From Eledone cirrhosa (Eukaryota): DNA of 64,000 nt. Under the pieces are notes generated by a model. The model was not told where the DNA came from, ran no database searches, and worked only from the letters and a program-made list of their open reading frames with translations. Below are positions 57,501 to 64,000 of the stretch, one piece after another. Position 1 is the first letter of the stretch; each line of letters opens with the position of its first letter. The position numbers and the translations under genes were made by a program. The DNA is taken from contig OZ024743.1 of assembly GCA_964016885.1 (NCBI GenBank), forward strand, positions 5,890,001 to 5,954,000, written 5' to 3'.

Positions 57501-60500
57501 GTATCCCCCACCATACTAACTGTATCCCCCACCATACTAACTGTATCCCCCACCATATAAACTGTATCCCCCACCATACTAACTGTATCCCTCACCATAC
57601 TAACTGTATCCCCCACCATATAAACTGTATCCCCCACCATACTAACTGTATCCCCCACCATATAAACTGTATCCCCCACCATACTAACTGTATCCCCCAC
57701 CATAAAAATTGTATCCCCCACCATACTAACTGTATCTCCCACCATACTAACTGTATCCCCCACCATATAAACTGTATCCCCCACCATACTAACTGTATCC
57801 CCCACCATATGAACTGTATCCCCCACCATACTAACTGTATCCCCCACCATATAAACTGTATCCCCCACCATACTAACTGTATCCCCCACCATACTAACTG
57901 TATCCCCCACCATATAAACTGTATCCCCCACCATACTAACTGTATCCCCCACCATATAAACTGTATCCCCCACCATACAAACTATATCCCCCACCATATA
58001 AACTGTATCCCCACCATATAAACTGTATCCCCCACCATATAAACTGTATCCCCCACCATATAAACTGTATCCCCCACCATATAGACTGTATCCCCCACCA
58101 TACTAACTGTATCCCCCACCATACTAACTGTATCCCCCACCATATAAACTGTATCCCCCACCATATAAACTGTATCCCCCACCATATAAACTGTATCCCC
58201 CACCATACTAACTGTATCCCCCACCATACTAACTGTATCCCCCACCATACTAACTGTATCCCCCACCATATAAACTGTATCCCCCACCATATAAACTGTA
58301 TCCCCCACCATACTAACTGTATCCCCCACCATACTAACTGTATCCCCCACCATATAAACTGTATCCCCCACCATACTAACTGTATCCCCCACCATACTAA
58401 CTGTATCCCCCACCATATAAACTGTATCCCCCACCATACTAACTGTATCCCCCACCATACTAACTGTATCCCCCACCATACTAACTGTATCCCTCACCAT
58501 ACTAACTGTATCCCCCACCATATAAACTGTATCCCCCACCATACTAACTGTATCCCCCACCATACTAACTGTATCCCCCACCATACTAACTGTATCCCCC
58601 ACCATATAAACTGTATCCCCCACCATGTAAACTGTATCCCCACCATACTAACTGTATCCCCCACCATACTAACTGTATCCCCCACCATATAAACTGTATC
58701 CCCCACCATATAAACTGTATCCCCCACCATACTAACTGTATCCCCCACCATACTAACTGTATCCCCCACCATACTAACTGTATCCCCCACCATATAAATT
58801 GTATCCCCCACCATATAAACTATATCCCTCACCATACTAACTGTATCCCCCACCATACTAACTGTATCCCCCACCATACTAACTGTATCCCTCACCATAC
58901 TAACTGTATCCCCCACCATATAAACTGTATCCCCCACCATACTAACTGTATCCCCCACCATATAAACTGTATCCCTCACCATACTAACTGTATCCCCCAC
59001 CATATAAACTGTATCCCCCACCATATAAACTGTATCCCCCACCATACTAACTGTATCCCCCACCATACTAACTGTATCCCCCACTATATAAACTGTATCC
59101 CCCACCATATAAACTGTATCCCCCACCATACTAACTGTATCCCCCACCATACTAACTGTATCCCCCACCATATAAACTGTATCCCCCACCATATAAACGG
59201 TATCCCCCACCATACTAACTGTATCCCCCACCATACTAACTGTATCCCCCACCATATAAACTGTATCCCCCACCATATAAACTGTATCCCCCACCATATA
59301 AACTGTATCCCCCACCATACTAACTGTATCCCCCACCATACTAACTGTATCCCCCACCATATAAACTGTATCCCCCACCATATAAACTGTATCCCCACCA
59401 TACTAACTGTATCCCCCACCATACTAACTGTATCCCCCACCATATAAACTGTATCCCCCACCATATAAACTGTATCCCCCACCATACTAACTGTATCCCC
59501 CACCATACTAACTGTATCCCCCACCATACTAACTGTATCCCCCACCATATAAACTGTATCCCCCACCATACAAACTATATCCCCCCACCATACTAACTGT
59601 ATCCCCCACCATATAAACTGTATCCCCCACCATACTAACTGTATCCCCCCACCATACTAACTGTATCCCCCCACCATACTAACTGTATCCCCCCACCATA
59701 CTAACTGTATCCCCCACCATACTAACTGTATCCCCCACCATATAAACTATATCCCCCACCATATAAACTGTATCCCCCACCATACAAACTATATCCCCCC
59801 ACCATACTAACTGTATCCCCCACCATATAAACTGTATCCCCCACCATACTAACTGTATCCCCCCACCATACTAACTGTATCCCCCACCATATAAACTGTA
59901 TCCCCCACCATACAAACTATATCCCCCCACCATACTAAATGTATCCCCCACCATACTAACTGTATCCCCCACCATATAAACTGTATCCCCACCATATAAA
60001 CTATATCCCCCCACCATACTAACTGTATCCCCCACCATACTAACTGTATCCCCCCACCATACTAACTGTATCCCCCACCATACTAACTGTACCCCCCACC
60101 ATACTAACTGTATCCCCCACCATATAAACTGTATCCCCACCATATAAACTGTATCCCCCTCCATACTAACTGTATCCCCCACCATACTAACTGTATCCCC
60201 CACCATACTAACTGTATCCCCCACCATACTAACTGTATCCCCCCACCATACTAACTGTATCCCCCACCATACTAACTGTATCCCCCACCATACTAACTGT
60301 ATCCCCCACCATACTAACTGTATCCCCCCACCATACAAACTATATCCCCCCACCATACTAACTGTATCCCCCACCATACTAACTGTATCCCCCACCATAC
60401 AAACTGTATCCCCCACCATATAAACTGTATCCCCACCATATAAACTATATCCCCCCACCATACTAACTGTATCCCCCACCATACTAACTGTATCCCCCAC

Positions 60501-63500
60501 CATACTAACTGTATCCCCCACCATATAAACTGTATCCCCACCATACTAACTGTATCCCCCACCATACTAACTGTATCCCCACCATATAAACTGTATCCCC
60601 CACCATATAAACTGTATCCCACACCATACTAACTGTATCCCCCACCATACTAACTGTATCCCCCACCATACTAACTGTATCCCCCACCAGACTAACTGTA
60701 TCCCCCACCATACTAACTGTATCCCTCACCATACTAACTGTATCCCCACCATATAAACTATATCCCCCACCATATAAACTGTATCCCCCACCATATAAAC
60801 TGTATCCCCCACCATACTAACTGTATCCCCCACCATACTAACTGTATCCCCCACCATATAAACTGTATCCCCCACCATACTAACTGTATCCCCCACCATA
60901 TAAACTGTATCCCCCACCATACTAACTGTATCCCCCACCATATAAACTGTATCCCCCACCATACTAACTGTATCCCCCACCATATAAACTGTATCCCCCA
61001 CCATACTAACTGTATCCCCCACCATATAAACTGTATCCCCCACCATACTAACTGTATCCCCCACCATACTAACTGTATCCCCCACCATATAAACTGTATC
61101 CCCCACCATACTAACTGTATCCCCCACCATACTAACTGTATCCCTCACCATACTAACTGTATCCCCCACCATATAAACTGTATCCCCCACCATACTAACT
61201 GTATCCCCCACCATATAAACTGTATCCCCCACCATACTAACTGTATCCCCCACCATATAAACTGTATCCCCCACCATACTAACTGTATCTCCCACCATAC
61301 TAACTGTATCCCCCACCATACTAACTGTATCCCCCAACATACAAACTATATCCCCCACCATATAAACTATATCCCCCCACCATACTAACTGTATCCCCCA
61401 CCATACTAACTGTATCCCCCACCATACTAACTGTATCCCCCACCATACTAACTGTATCCCCCACCATATAAACTATATCCCCCCACCATACTAACTGTAT
61501 CCCCCACCATACTAACTGTATCCCCCACCATACAAACTATATCCCCCCACCATACTAACTGTATCCCCCACCATATAAACTGTATCCCCCACCATACTAA
61601 CTGTATCCCCCACCATATAAACTGTATCCCCACCATATAAACTGTATCCCCCACCATACTAACTGTATCCCCCACCATACTAACTGTATCCCCCACCATA
61701 CTAACTGTATCCCCACCATATAAACTGTATCCCCCACCATATAAACTGTATCCCCCACCATATAAACTGTATCCCCCACCATACTAACTGTATCCCCCAC
61801 CATACTAACTGTATCCCTCACCATATAAACTGTATCCCCCACCATATAAACTATATCCCCCACCATATAAACTGTATCCCCCACCATATAAACTGTATCC
61901 CCCACCATATAAACTGTATCCCCCACCATATAAACTGTATCCCCCACCATATAAACTATATCCCCCACCATATAAACTGTATCCCCCACCATACTAACTG
62001 TATCCCTCACCATATAAACTGTATCCCCCACCATATAAACTATATCCCCCACCATATAAACTGTATCCCCCACCATACAAACTATATCCCCCCACCATAC
62101 TAACTGTATCCCCCACCATATAAACTGTATCCCCCACCATACTAACTGTATCCCCCCACCATACTAACTGTATCCCCCCACCATACTAACTGTATCCCCC
62201 ACCATACTAACTGTATCCCCCACCATATAAACTGTATCCCCCACCATACAAACTATATCCCCCCACCATACTAACTGTATCCCCCACCATATAAACTGTA
62301 TCCCCCACCATACTAACTGTATCCCCCACCATATAAACTGTATCCCCCACCATACAAACTATATCCCCCCACCATACTAACTGTATCCCCCACCATATAA
62401 ACTGTATCCCCCACCATACTAACTGTATCCCCCCACCATACTAACTGTATCCCCCCACCATACTAACTGTATCCCCCCACCATACTAACTGTATCCCCCA
62501 CCATACTAACTGTATCCCCCACCATATAAACTATATCCCCCACCATATAAACTGTATCCCCCACCATACAAACTATATCCCCCCACCATACTAACTGTAT
62601 CCCCCACCATATAAACTGTATCCCCCACCATACAAACTATATCCCCCCACCATACTAAATGTATCCCCCACCATACTAACTGTATCCCCCACCATATAAA
62701 CTGTATCCCCACCATATAAACTATATCCCCCCACCATACTAACTGTATCCCCCACCATACTAACTGTATCCCCCCACCATACTAACTGTATCCCCCACCA
62801 TACTAACTGTATCCCCCACCATACTAACTGTATCCCCCACCATATAAACTGTATCCCCACCATATAAACTGTATCCCCCTCCATACTAACTGTATCCCCC
62901 ACCATACTAACTGTATCCCCCACCATACTAACTGTATCCCCCACCATATAAACTGTATCCCCCACCATACTAACTGTATCCCCCACCATACTAACTGTAT
63001 CCCCCACCATACTAACTGTATCCCCCCACCATACTAACTGTATCCCCCACCATACTAACTGTATCCCCCACCATACTAACTGTATCCCCCACCATACTAA
63101 CTGTATCCCCCACCATACTAACTGTATCCCCCCACCATACAAACTATATCCACCCACCATACTAACTGTATCCCCCACTATACTAACTGTATCCCCCACC
63201 ATACAAACTGTATCCCCCACCATATAAACTGTATCCCCACCATATAAACTATATCCCCCCACCATACTAACTGTATCCCCCACCATACTAACTGTATCCC
63301 CAACCATACTAACTGTATCCCCCACCATATAAACTGTATCCCCACCATACTAACTGTATCCCCCACCATACTAACTGTATCCCCACCATATAAACTGTAT
63401 CCCCCACCATATAAACTGTATCCCCCACCATACTAACTGTATCCCCCACCATACTAACTGTATCCCCCACCATACTAACTGTATCCCCCACCAGACTAAC

Positions 63501-64000
63501 TGTATCCCCCACCATACTAACTGTATCCCCCACCATACTAACTGTATCCCTCACCATACTAACTGTATCCCCACCATATAAACTATATCCCCCACCATAT
63601 AAACTGTATCCCCCACCATATAAACTGTATCCCCCACCATACTAACTGTATCCCCCACCATACTAACTGTATCCCCCACCATATAAACTGTATCCCCCAC
63701 CATACTAACTGTATCCCCCACCATACTAACTGTATCCCCCACCATATAAACTGTATCCCCCACCATACTAACTGTATACCCCACCATATAAACTGTATCC
63801 CCCACCATACTAACTGTATCCCCCACCATACTAACTGTATCCCCCACCATATAAACTGTATCCCCCACCATATAAACTGTATCCCCCACCATACTAACTG
63901 TATCCCCCACCATACTAACTGTATCCCCCACCATATAAACTGTATCCCCCACCATACTAACTGTATCCCCCACCATACTAACTGTATCCCCCACCATATA
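21558..64000. repeat. Giant 21-bp satellite array (>42 kb, roughly 2,000 units), runs off the right edge
   Basis: Consensus CCATACTAACTGTATCCCCCA; variants TATAAAC/TACAAAC, CTG/CTA, C-run of 4-6; no non-repeat interruption seen. Confidence 0.99.

Noticed and set aside
22009-63997. Minus-strand ORFs (MVGDTVS, GGGYSLY, WWGIQLV repeats) resembling Gly/Tyr-rich structural proteins
   Set aside because: They are translations of a 21-bp (7-codon) satellite; frames shift at random with C-run length, and there is no signal peptide, splice structure or codon-level constraint
21558-64000. Telomeric repeat array
   Set aside because: No TTAGGG/CCCTAA tandem; the unit is 21 bp with internal higher-order structure

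Overview
Eukaryotic, AT-rich animal DNA. The SINE, RTE and MITE content looks octopus/cephalopod-like, which is an inference. The window lies inside a + strand succinate-semialdehyde dehydrogenase gene (ALDH5A1/SSADH). Three GT-AG exons (3584-3742, 11976-12145, 19960-20018) splice in frame, and the last coding exon is not in the window. The introns hold a 58/57/50-bp minisatellite, tRNA-derived SINEs, a decayed full-length Gypsy LTR element (5-bp TSD) nested in a fossil Penelope-like element, and several RTE LINE fragments. They also hold mariner- and hAT-type MITEs and a Naiad-like Penelope element lying tail-to-tail with an RTE in one (TA)n tract. From ~21.56 kb to the window end is a >42-kb array of a 21-bp unit with kb-scale higher-order duplications (~3.16, 7.46, 5.58 kb). 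On the gene's sense strand the commonest unit contains the perfect branch-point/STAR-protein motif TACTAAC followed by RTATCC, and the array almost lacks AG. This is the most unusual feature. The many ORFs called in the array are artefacts.
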